The position numbers were made by a program, and so were the translations under genes. Source: Candidatus Woesearchaeota archaeon (GTDB taxonomy: Archaea > Nanobdellota > Nanobdellia > SCGC-AAA011-G17 > GW2011-AR20). Taken from it: a stretch of 64,000 nt of DNA. The stretch lies in the NCBI GenBank assembly GCA_964359725.1, contig CAYHTT010000001.1:14618-78617 (forward strand), given 5' to 3'. The notes under the pieces are model-generated. The model searched no databases and was not told the DNA's origin. It worked only from the letters and a program-made list of their open reading frames with translations. Positions within the stretch are counted from its first letter, which is position 1; each line of letters begins with the position of its first letter. This document shows positions 20,080 through 28,289 of the stretch, piece after piece.

Positions 20080-20378
20080 GCTTAATAAATTTATTAACCT
20101 CTCTAATAAAATTAGGATCTTTTTGGGCCTCTTTAATAGCCCTTATTAATTCCCCATTTGACATTTTTTTTGTTTTTTTCATTTTAGACTCCCCCGACTA
20201 TCACCTCTTAATCTTTCAAATCAAAAAATCACCCATTTTTGCCCTTCCCATAAGAGCAAAATATCCATCGGTCAACCCCCTTCCCTTTTGGATATTAAAA
20301 CTATATAAATACGATATAAGTACTATATAAATATTACTTTTAGCAACTTTTATTAATATCTTTATTCTATAAATTTTA

Positions 20379-21053
20379 ATGAAAATAAAAGAAATTCCCT
20401 GGTTTAATCGCCCTGGATTTAAATTAACTAGGAATGGTGTAAGTTCTTTAGATAGTGCAGAATTGTTATCTATTATTTTTGGAATAGGTAATGAGAAAGA
20501 AAGTGCTTTAGAATTAAGTAATAGATTACTAAAAAAATATAACTTAAACAAACTAGAATATTTAGGGTTAGACGAATTAAAAAAAGAATGTAATAATGAT
20601 ATAACTAAAGCTCTTAAAATTCTTAGTTTAATTGAACTAAGTAAAAGATACAATAAATTGATGAAAGGGGGTTATAATAGCAAAATTATAAGCAACGCTA
20701 AAGATGTATATGACATGTTTGTAGATGAGATGAGAAGCTATAGGAAAGAGGTTTTGAAGATTGTTTTGTTGGATACTAAAAATAAGGTTATTAAGGTTAA
20801 TGAGGTTTCTGTTGGGACTTTGAATAATTCATTAATACATCCTAGAGAAGTGTTTAAAGAGGCAATTAAGGAAAGTGCTTATTCTGTAATGTTGGTCCAT
20901 AATCATCCATCAGGGAATCCAGAACCAAGTAAAGAGGATATTGAAATGACAAAGAAAATTATTAATGCCGGAAAACTTCTTGGCATATTAGTTTTAGATC
21001 ATGTTATTATTGGAAACGACAGATATTGGAATTGGTTAGACAATCAATTTTAA
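20379..21053 (+). CDS. radC: RadC-family JAB/MPN domain protein
   Basis: Typical RadC N-terminus (LSDAELLSIIFGIG) and the JAMM motif HNHPSGNPEPSKEDIEMTKKI. Confidence 0.8.
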   Translation: MKIKEIPWFNRPGFKLTRNGVSSLDSAELLSIIFGIGNEKESALELSNRLLKKYNLNKLEYLGLDELKKECNNDITKALKILSLIELSKRYNKLMKGGYNSKIISNAKDVYDMFVDEMRSYRKEVLKIVLLDTKNKVIKVNEVSVGTLNNSLIHPREVFKEAIKESAYSVMLVHNHPSGNPEPSKEDIEMTKKIINAGKLLGILVLDHVIIGNDRYWNWLDNQF

Positions 21054-22910
21054 TTCTTTAGCTTTATTTTTAAAATATTCTTCAGTATCCTTATTCATAA
21101 AAAAAACAAATATGCCTTTGTGTGCTCTTGTTAAGAGAACCCTATAAATATTTTTAAGATGTTGAACAAATTCATCATTTCCTCTTTTAGCCATATTATC
21201 ACAAGAATTTTCTGGTTTTGCATACCAACTTTTATGTTTTTTATCCCATACTAAATCATTTCCAAATATAATACCCATATAATCAAATTCAAATCCTTGA
21301 GAAGTATATACAGTTCCTATTTGCTTCATACCAGAATCATCTGTAGCCCATTTCCAAAATACCTCTTTGTTCTCCCAAGGCATTTCAAAATCTCCTATCT
21401 TAACATCATTAACAAGAGACCCGTCTGTATTTGGTTTACTCCAAGGCCAACAAAAACCTGCAGTCAATCTTGCAGAATTTTTCTTTTCTTTATTTTTTTC
21501 GTCAATTATCTTTTTAAGTTCATGAGGTGAACTAACAATTTTAAATTCCATTTTAGTTTCTTTATCAGGTTCAATATCAGTACCTTCTTTTATCCCCAAT
21601 ATTTTTTCAATTTTTTCCAAATAACTCCCAGAACCGCCACATCTAAATTGAGTTTTAAGTTCTGGTAATTCATATACTTTTGCATTGAATTTTTTTGCAG
21701 CTTCTTTAATAAGGTCAACACTTCCTGTTTCTGTTGGTCTAACAACTTGTTGTTCATCTATGAAGAAGAGAGATAATTTTGCTGATCTAATTAATTCATT
21801 TATTTGTGGTTCTCCAGTTCTTAGATGCTTTGGCGTATATATACTTTCGCTTGTTTTTCTTATTCTATGTGCTTCATCACAAATGATAACATTTATTCCA
21901 TTTTCTTTATACTTTGATTGATCAACAAAACTATTAAAAAATTTGAATTGTTTTGCGGACCTTGTTCCAAGTATCTGCTTTAATGTATTTGTAAATGCTG
22001 ACGAACCTGTAGCATGAACAACATTTACCCCTTTTCTTAGTAATACCCCCATAACTTCTAGCGCAATAACAGATTTTCCCGTTCCCGGACCGCCTTTTAT
22101 AATCATGATAGCCTTTTCTTTAGATTTAGAAATTTGTTTTGCTTTTGTCATGATTGCATTATAAGCTGTTCTTTGTTCATCTATTAAATTAAAAATTTGC
22201 TGTTTATTTATCATTTCACTCGTATGATCCATTAATTTCTTTGAAGGTCGTAAAATACTTATGTTGAATCTTCCAAAAACACCCAATCCCGAATCCGATG
22301 CTAATTTTTCTATAAGAAAATTTCCAAGATTTATCATTTCTTGTTTTGAGAAAATAGGATATTCTTCAAGACATTTCTTAAATTTAGGAAGATATAGAAC
22401 TTCATTGAACCCTTTATTGTAATTATGACAATAAACACATGCACTTAATAATATTTTTGGATTTTCATCAAATACAGTTACAAAATCTTTTAAATACCAG
22501 TAATAACCTTCAGCTTGTGATGAAGGATGTGGAACTTCTCTCCAGCCTTTACCTATAAACGCTCTAATATTTCCTTCATTAAAACTATCTTTTACCGAAT
22601 CGTTAGACCATTGTTTTAATTCAATAATAACAATATTATCATTCCCTTGTTTATCTTTTCCAAATAAAAGAACATCTATTCTTTTTTGTGAATAAGGCAA
22701 TTCATATTCAATAATTATTTTATTTTTATTTAATGGAGTATTTTCTAAAACGGTTTTGACAAAATTTAAAGAGTTTACCCAAGACCTAATTTCTGATGGA
22801 CTTGCTCTTTTTTTGTAATACTCTAAATATTTATTAGAAATTTTATCAGCAACTACATTCTGAGAAACATCTTCTTTGAATTTTTCAACCACATTTTCAT
22901 ATAATCTCAT
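21036..22910 (-). CDS. DUF2075/Schlafen-like protein: N-terminal PD-(D/E)xK-like nuclease plus SF1-helicase-like P-loop ATPase
   Basis: N-terminal RIDVLLFGKD...NIVIIELKQW is a D...ExK restriction-endonuclease-like motif. The central Walker A (IIKGGPGTGKSVIAL) and Walker B/DEAH-like (VIICDEAHRI) are followed by the C-terminal SF1 motifs VYTSQGFEFDYMGIIFG and RVLLTRA. Confidence 0.65.
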   Translation of the reverse strand: MRLYENVVEKFKEDVSQNVVADKISNKYLEYYKKRASPSEIRSWVNSLNFVKTVLENTPLNKNKIIIEYELPYSQKRIDVLLFGKDKQGNDNIVIIELKQWSNDSVKDSFNEGNIRAFIGKGWREVPHPSSQAEGYYWYLKDFVTVFDENPKILLSACVYCHNYNKGFNEVLYLPKFKKCLEEYPIFSKQEMINLGNFLIEKLASDSGLGVFGRFNISILRPSKKLMDHTSEMINKQQIFNLIDEQRTAYNAIMTKAKQISKSKEKAIMIIKGGPGTGKSVIALEVMGVLLRKGVNVVHATGSSAFTNTLKQILGTRSAKQFKFFNSFVDQSKYKENGINVIICDEAHRIRKTSESIYTPKHLRTGEPQINELIRSAKLSLFFIDEQQVVRPTETGSVDLIKEAAKKFNAKVYELPELKTQFRCGGSGSYLEKIEKILGIKEGTDIEPDKETKMEFKIVSSPHELKKIIDEKNKEKKNSARLTAGFCWPWSKPNTDGSLVNDVKIGDFEMPWENKEVFWKWATDDSGMKQIGTVYTSQGFEFDYMGIIFGNDLVWDKKHKSWYAKPENSCDNMAKRGNDEFVQHLKNIYRVLLTRAHKGIFVFFMNKDTEEYFKNKAKELKLIV

Positions 22911-22911
22911 T

Positions 22912-23298
22912 TTATAACTCCGTATATTTCTTATTAGAACCTTTTGCTTTTTTTATAGGATATTTTTCTTCATTCTTTTTTAATTTTTTGTTCAATTCAG
23001 TTGTTAGGTCGATATTATATTTTTGTGCTAATCTTAAAAGAAAATATAAAGCATCTGCCATTTCTTCAGAAATATGCTCTCGCTTTTCTGTGTTTTTAAA
23101 CATCTCTTCAATTTCTTTTTCAGATTTGAATCTAAAATGTTCTAAGAGCTCCGATGATTCCGTTATTATCCCAATGGCTAAATCTTTTGCCCCATGAAAT
23201 GGACCCCAATTTCTATCTTCACAAAATTTTTTAATTTTTTCTTTTAATTCATGAATGTTTGTTTTATCATCCATTTTCTCTCCAATTGCAAAACACAC
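22912..23298 (-). CDS. MazG-like all-alpha nucleoside triphosphate pyrophosphohydrolase
   Basis: The EExxE / EExxD pairs (ITESSELLEHF and ISEEMADALYFLLRLA) are characteristic of MazG/HisE-type NTP-PPases. The start may be the internal Met at 23274, because the annotated start overlaps the upstream gene by 32 nt. Confidence 0.55.
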   Translation of the reverse strand: MCFAIGEKMDDKTNIHELKEKIKKFCEDRNWGPFHGAKDLAIGIITESSELLEHFRFKSEKEIEEMFKNTEKREHISEEMADALYFLLRLAQKYNIDLTTELNKKLKKNEEKYPIKKAKGSNKKYTEL

Positions 23299-23923
23299 AA
23301 TCTTTTCCCCTTTCAGGAATTTCTCCTTTTACTATTTCAATTGCTCTTTTAAATAACATTTCAGCATGTTTAACATCCACTTTCATCTTTATTAGTTCAT
23401 TCTTAAATTTAAATTCACCACTTTCCATAACTTGTTCAGGTAAATAAAACAATAAATAAGCATAATCCTCTGTTTCATAACCATTTTTCCTTAATAAAAA
23501 ATTATATATGTTTAATTGATCTTGATAATGATGAGCAGTGTCTTCCTTTAACGCAAATCCTCTTGTCTTGTAATCTATTACAATTAACTTATTTTCTTTG
23601 CTTAATAAATTATCAACTGCTCCATGCAATAAAACATCATTTTCCTTATCATAATATTCTACACCTTTAAGATTATTTCTCCATGTTTTTAATAAATCTT
23701 TATCTGGAAATAATTTAACATCTTTAAGCTCTTTTAATTCAGGTGGTAATTTATTATTATCGCGAAATCTGTCAAAATGTTCTTTAAGCATCTTATCTAC
23801 ACCAGAAGGTAAACTTGGAAATATTCCAGAAGGACGAGGAGTTTTTTTAACAACTTGCAGCCAAAAACATCTAGGGCAATCTTCTATTAAGCTTATTGAT
23901 GAGGGTGAGAGTTTGTAAGTCAT
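23267..23923 (-). CDS. Cas4/RecB-like PD-(D/E)xK nuclease with putative Fe-S cysteines
   Basis: HGAVDNLL...ENKLIVIDYKT gives the D..E.K core, and YQDQLNIY is the QxxxY motif of RecB/Cas4 nucleases. Cys pairs CPRC at the N-terminus and CVFC at the C-terminus could ligate a Fe-S cluster. Confidence 0.55.
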   Translation of the reverse strand: MTYKLSPSSISLIEDCPRCFWLQVVKKTPRPSGIFPSLPSGVDKMLKEHFDRFRDNNKLPPELKELKDVKLFPDKDLLKTWRNNLKGVEYYDKENDVLLHGAVDNLLSKENKLIVIDYKTRGFALKEDTAHHYQDQLNIYNFLLRKNGYETEDYAYLLFYLPEQVMESGEFKFKNELIKMKVDVKHAEMLFKRAIEIVKGEIPERGKDCVFCNWRENG

Positions 23924-23927
23924 TTAT

Positions 23928-24569
23928 TTAATATAATACTTTTAATATTTTAAACCTTTCTCTTATCAAAATAACTATCCAAGCAAAAAAAGCTCCAATC
24001 ATTCCTAATATCATATCTTTTTGAGCATCCCATTGATCCCCCTGCATCCCCAAGAAATTAGTTCCTATAATTTCACTTTTAGTTGTTAATAAAGACAAAT
24101 ATTCAATAACCTCATAAATACCTTTAAGTCCTGTAACAATTAAAAATATTATAAAATATAACCAAAACCCCCTAATCCCAACTTTCTTAGAAATAAATTC
24201 ATAAGCAGGAAAATAAAATATAAAACCAAATATAAAATGAACAAACCTATCATAGTTATTTCTTTCTAAATTAAAATTATCTTTAATTAAATCAAATAAT
24301 GGCACCTCAGTGTAACTAAAATGGCCTCCAATTGCATGCAAAACAAGCAATATAAAAAGCAAACTGTATGTAAAATTAGAGAATTTAAACCTTTTATATG
24401 TTAAAATCAACAAAAATACAAATACAATAGTAAGAATATTCTCATAAGCCCATGCAATCCTATATCTTGGATTAATTGCTAATAATATCCAAATAATCAG
24501 AAATAATACAAGCAAAAATTTAGAATAATCTCCCTTTTTAAAAATCTTCATAATTAAACAAGAACTCAA
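23928..24569 (-). CDS. Polytopic membrane protein, DUF2238 (YjdF)-like
   Basis: 213 aa with 5-6 hydrophobic helices. The HAIGGHFSYTEVP and RFVHFIFGF motifs resemble DUF2238. Confidence 0.5.
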   Translation of the reverse strand: MSSCLIMKIFKKGDYSKFLLVLFLIIWILLAINPRYRIAWAYENILTIVFVFLLILTYKRFKFSNFTYSLLFILLVLHAIGGHFSYTEVPLFDLIKDNFNLERNNYDRFVHFIFGFIFYFPAYEFISKKVGIRGFWLYFIIFLIVTGLKGIYEVIEYLSLLTTKSEIIGTNFLGMQGDQWDAQKDMILGMIGAFFAWIVILIRERFKILKVLY

Positions 24570-24570
24570 G

Positions 24571-24840
24571 TTAATATAAATTTACCTTATCAACAAGGTG
24601 ATATAATTTATCTTTACCTAAAGCAAAACTGCAAATATATTCTAAATTTGGATGTTTTAAAATAGCACCCTTAACATGTTCATAATCTAAAAACTCAACC
24701 TCTGCATTATAATCAGTTTTAAATCTTTCTAAATCAACTTTACTTACAGGTTCGCCGTTCATTCTATCAAGAAGTTGAGAAATACTAATATTAATATGAG
24801 AAATGCTTGTAACCCCTTTTTCTAAATTTTCCTGTTCCAT
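24571..24840 (-). CDS. Small hypothetical protein
   Basis: 89-aa ORF that immediately abuts the membrane protein gene. Confidence 0.35.
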   Translation of the reverse strand: MEQENLEKGVTSISHINISISQLLDRMNGEPVSKVDLERFKTDYNAEVEFLDYEHVKGAILKHPNLEYICSFALGKDKLYHLVDKVNLY

Positions 24841-24895
24841 TTTAAAGTAATCTATGTTTTTTCCAAAATATTAAAAAAATTACTAGAATTTAAAC

Positions 24896-25513
24896 TTAAC
24901 TATTTGAAAAGTTTAAAATTAAATTGCCATCTCTGCTAGGACTCATATAAAACTCACCTTCACCATCTCTAGGGAATAATTTTCTGTATTTAATTTTATA
25001 TAAATGTCTAACAATAAAATTTAAAGCCCTTTCATTAGTAATCCAATCTTGTTCAAATATAGATAAATCAATTTTAGCATAACCCCGTAAAGTTAAATCT
25101 GTTAAATCACTTGTAAAATAATTCCAATAATAAGGATAATAACTCATAACTAAATCCTTAATTGTACGAAATTTTGGTTCTCTTCCAAGCAAATTTTCAT
25201 CCCTTGATTTAGCAACACTACCAAATTTACCATCTTTCTTGTAAATAAATATATTATGATCTAAGTCACGAGCCTCTAAACAAACTATCAATGGTAAGTA
25301 ATTATGCTGGCTTAATATAGCAGCAGCACATAAAGCACCTTCTAAACAATCCGCTTTTTTTTCTCTAACCACCACTCTAAAAGATCTTTCAATTTCACTT
25401 TCATCGTCTAGCCTATATTCTAGCTCATTTACTAAAAAATCTTGTACTTTACTTGGGGTATTTAATTTACTAATTAATCTTAATTCTTTTGAAGTAAAAT
25501 TTGGTTTAAACAT
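24896..25513 (-). CDS. Hypothetical protein with a Cys/His/Asp constellation (possible papain/transglutaminase-like fold)
   Basis: ADCLEGALCAAAIL is followed by DLDHNIFIYKKDG. The Cys...His...Asp order is suggestive only. Confidence 0.3.
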   Translation of the reverse strand: MFKPNFTSKELRLISKLNTPSKVQDFLVNELEYRLDDESEIERSFRVVVREKKADCLEGALCAAAILSQHNYLPLIVCLEARDLDHNIFIYKKDGKFGSVAKSRDENLLGREPKFRTIKDLVMSYYPYYWNYFTSDLTDLTLRGYAKIDLSIFEQDWITNERALNFIVRHLYKIKYRKLFPRDGEGEFYMSPSRDGNLILNFSNS

Positions 25514-25564
25514 TTATTTTCATTAATTCATAATATTTTTATACTTATCTTTTATTATACCTTT

Positions 25565-26377
25565 ATGCTTGATAAATTGCAAACTGAATTAAAAATAAGA
25601 GGTTTTAGCCAAAAAACTATAGATTCTTATTTGCTTCATAATAAATTATTCTTAAATTACATTAATAAGCAACCAGAGAATATAGAAGAACAAGATATTA
25701 AAAACTATTTGGCGTATTTAATGGATAAAAATTACAAACCCAGAAGTATAAGCTTAGCTTTAAGTTCATTAAAATTCTTTTATCACAATATTTTAAATAA
25801 AACTATATTAACTAATATTAAAGCTCCTAAACTTGATAAAAAAATACCAACAGTTTTAACAAATGAAGAAGTTAAATCTTTACTTAATGCTTTAACAAAT
25901 ATAAAACATAAGATATTAATTAGTTTAATGCTATCTAGTGGATTAAGAGTTAGTGAAGCTGTTTCTGTAAAAACAGATGAAATTAATTTTAATGATCATA
26001 CTTTAATAGTAAGAAGTGGAAAAGGTAAAAAAGACAGAATTACAATAGTTTCAGAAAAATTATTAGAAGATATTAAAGCATATTTAGCTAAAAGAAAAGA
26101 TAAAAATCCTCATTTATTCCCTATAAGAGATACTCATGTTACAATTAAATTAGCTCAAAAAATAATTAAACAAGCTGCACGTAAAGCAAATTTAAATAAA
26201 CGTATATATTGTCATGCTTTAAGATCAACATTCGCTACAAATTTAATGAATAATGGGGTTAATCTCAGGTTTATACAGAGTTTACTTGGTCATGCTAATT
26301 TAAGTACGACAGAGGCGTATACAAAAGTTAATACAGAAGAACTTAAGAAAATAAAAAATCCTTTAGATTATTTATGA
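25565..26377 (+). CDS. xerA: Tyrosine recombinase (XerA/XerCD-like integrase)
   Basis: N-terminal SAM-like core-binding domain. The C-terminal catalytic motifs are R (LRVSEAV), HALRSTFAT, LLGHANLSTTEAYTKV (HxxR...Y). Confidence 0.75.
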   Translation: MLDKLQTELKIRGFSQKTIDSYLLHNKLFLNYINKQPENIEEQDIKNYLAYLMDKNYKPRSISLALSSLKFFYHNILNKTILTNIKAPKLDKKIPTVLTNEEVKSLLNALTNIKHKILISLMLSSGLRVSEAVSVKTDEINFNDHTLIVRSGKGKKDRITIVSEKLLEDIKAYLAKRKDKNPHLFPIRDTHVTIKLAQKIIKQAARKANLNKRIYCHALRSTFATNLMNNGVNLRFIQSLLGHANLSTTEAYTKVNTEELKKIKNPLDYL

Positions 26378-26623
26378 TTCTATCTTTTCTTCGAGACTTT
26401 TTTCAAACATTTCAGAAAGTTTTAATGCTAATTCAGAAGTTTCTTTATCATGAACTCTCTTTTTAAATATATTTTCTACAGTTTCCCAAGTATACCCGAG
26501 AGGTAGCCCGTCTATAAAACCCCATTTTTGAGGCATACAATCATTCTCATAAATAAATATTTTCTTTTCTACCGTATTAAGTCTGAATTCATACATATTA
26601 TGACCAATAACGTAAATTGCCAT
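26372..26623 (-). CDS. Small hypothetical protein
   Basis: 83-aa ORF. Confidence 0.3.
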   Translation of the reverse strand: MAIYVIGHNMYEFRLNTVEKKIFIYENDCMPQKWGFIDGLPLGYTWETVENIFKKRVHDKETSELALKLSEMFEKSLEEKIES

Positions 26624-26653
26624 AATATTAAAAATAAAGAAATATTAATAAAT

Positions 26654-26947
26654 TTATTCATTTATTAAATTAAAATCACTAACTAATTTTGCTAAATCTT
26701 TATTACTTCTATTTCTATTTTGAATTTCTTCTAGTATTTCTACTGTAAGTTCACCCTTTCTGATTACCTTTTCTTTATAAAAAACATCAGATAATTCTTC
26801 TATCCCATCTATTTTTTTGTAAGACATGATCCCCCTTATATCATCTTCATTATTACAAATTTGTCTTGATAAATTGGAAAAATCCCCATCAAAATCGTCC
26901 ATATACACTTTAATTAAATTTTTCCATTCGACGTAAACTTTATCCAT
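26654..26947 (-). CDS. Small hypothetical protein
   Basis: 97-aa ORF. Confidence 0.35.
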   Translation of the reverse strand: MDKVYVEWKNLIKVYMDDFDGDFSNLSRQICNNEDDIRGIMSYKKIDGIEELSDVFYKEKVIRKGELTVEILEEIQNRNRSNKDLAKLVSDFNLINE

Positions 26948-27117
26948 TTTTAGGCTATAATAACCCCATTATATGGCATAATAATTAAGAATTTAAAATT
27001 AACTATTTTATAAAAACCAAATCTATATTCGATAAAATACCCATAGATAGATTTATATACTAGTTTATATTAATAATAGCGTCGATATTTACAAAAATAA
27101 TAAGGGGGTGCAAGTCA

Positions 27118-27207
27118 ATGGGAAAAGTAATAGCCCGCAACATCGTCAAACGCAGGAAAGGCTATCTTTACTACGTAGATGGTAAAGGAAATTCTATTTG
27201 TGTCTAA
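27118..27207 (+). CDS. Unannotated 29-aa basic ORF (MGKVIARNIVKRRKGYLYYVDGKGNSICV)
   Basis: It lies in a locally GC-richer island. AAGGGGGTG lies 7 nt upstream of the ATG, and a TATA-like TTTATATA lies about 50 nt upstream. An in-frame continuation after a single TAA runs to 27276, and a stem-loop plus T-tract follows at 27262-27295. Confidence 0.3.
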   Translation: MGKVIARNIVKRRKGYLYYVDGKGNSICV

Positions 27208-27324
27208 GCAACTAGGACCAGAGATGTCTGCGAAGCAATGATGGCTCGCGGTGGACGAAGAAAAAAGAGGAGATAAAACTAACTCCTCATTTTTTATTTT
27301 AAAAATAAGAAAATTAATTAGAAA

Positions 27325-27720
27325 TTAAAATCTCTGTGAGAAACCATCGAGTGTTTTATAAGTCATTAGATAATTCTCGCTATACCCTCGACTTTTAAAA
27401 TTCCTCACTAAATCACTAAATTTCCTAAAGAAATTACTTAATTTTGTTTCTAATTCTTCTAAATCATCAGCATATCTTATAATTATAATACTCTCAACTA
27501 AATCATGAGTTAATATTGGTTTATTTCTTGCTTTAACATGATCTCGAATAAAATTAATCAAATCTTGCGTCATTAATTCAGGTTTGCTTAATTTATACTC
27601 TTTTTTTAATAAATCTTTTTCTCCATTTACCGCTATATTAATACTTAAAATAAAACTATCATCATTTCTTTTATAATTATTAATTTTTAGTTCATTTATC
27701 TTTATAGATAAATTTTTCAT
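27325..27720 (-). CDS. Hypothetical protein
   Basis: 131-aa ORF. Confidence 0.35.
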   Translation of the reverse strand: MKNLSIKINELKINNYKRNDDSFILSINIAVNGEKDLLKKEYKLSKPELMTQDLINFIRDHVKARNKPILTHDLVESIIIIRYADDLEELETKLSNFFRKFSDLVRNFKSRGYSENYLMTYKTLDGFSQRF

Positions 27721-27795
27721 TAATATGATTTAGATTAACATATTAATAAATTTTTCCAATACATTTTTAAACTAAAATTCTAGAAATTACCTTAA

Positions 27796-27883
27796 GGGCC
27801 CTTAGCTCAGTCTGGTAGAGCACTTGAATAAAATGGTGAAGCTCTTAACCAAGGGGTCGTGGGTTCAAATCCCATAGGGCCCG
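27796..27883 (+). tRNA. tRNA-Lys(CUU) with a 14-nt intron at a non-canonical position (between nt 30/31 of the anticodon stem)
   Basis: Acceptor GGGCCCT/AGGGCCC, D-arm GCTC-AGTCTGGTA-GAGC, T-arm GTGGG-TTCAAAT-CCCAT. Removing AATAAAATGGTGAA gives the anticodon arm CTTGG-CTCTTAA-CCAAG with anticodon CTT. No CCA is encoded. Confidence 0.65.
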
Positions 27884-27929
27884 TGCAATTTTCAAAACTT
27901 TTATATATCATTTAGTTTTATTATTAGCA

Positions 27930-28289
27930 ATGCGTACTATTAATGATTGGGTAAACGAGTTAGCGCATAATAACTATTCTTTAATAATTGTAGAAGGAAA
28001 GAAAGATAAGATCGCATTAAATAAACTTGGAATTGAAAATGTAAATTCTATTAATGAACCAATTTATTTAGTTATTGAAAAATTAGTTAATCACAATAAA
28101 GAAATTATTATATTAACAGATTTAGATAGAGAAGGAAAAAAGATTTACGCAAAATTAAAACATGAATTTCAAAGATATGGTATTAAAATTAATAATAAAT
28201 ATAGAAAATTTTTAATCAAACATACGAAAATTACTCAAATAGAAGGTTTACCAACTTATATTAAAAATAATTTTAAAGAATTTCTTTAA
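27930..28289 (+). CDS. Small Toprim-domain protein (COG1658-like)
   Basis: IIVEGKKDKIAL and ILTDLDREGKKI are the Toprim E and DxD motifs. Confidence 0.6.
   Translation: MRTINDWVNELAHNNYSLIIVEGKKDKIALNKLGIENVNSINEPIYLVIEKLVNHNKEIIILTDLDREGKKIYAKLKHEFQRYGIKINNKYRKFLIKHTKITQIEGLPTYIKNNFKEFL

Noticed and set aside
20216-20653. 145-aa minus-strand ORF overlapping radC
   Set aside because: It lies antisense to the well-supported RadC/JAB gene and is low-complexity and Leu/Ser-rich, typical of AT-rich shadow frames.
27230-27260. C/D-box sRNA in the GC-rich island (AATGATGG at 27237-27244 resembles a C box)
   Set aside because: No D box (CUGA) and no C'/D' pair lie at suitable spacing downstream, and the terminal stem does not bring C/D elements together.
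27796-27883. tRNA-Lys as the attachment site of an integrated element carrying the recombinase at 25565
   Set aside because: Integration into a tRNA 3' end would place the element downstream (right) of the plus-strand tRNA, where only a Toprim protein, a wHTH regulator and serS lie. No direct repeat of the tRNA 3' half was found at 15.4-15.9 kb or elsewhere, so the idea is kept only as a weak hypothesis.
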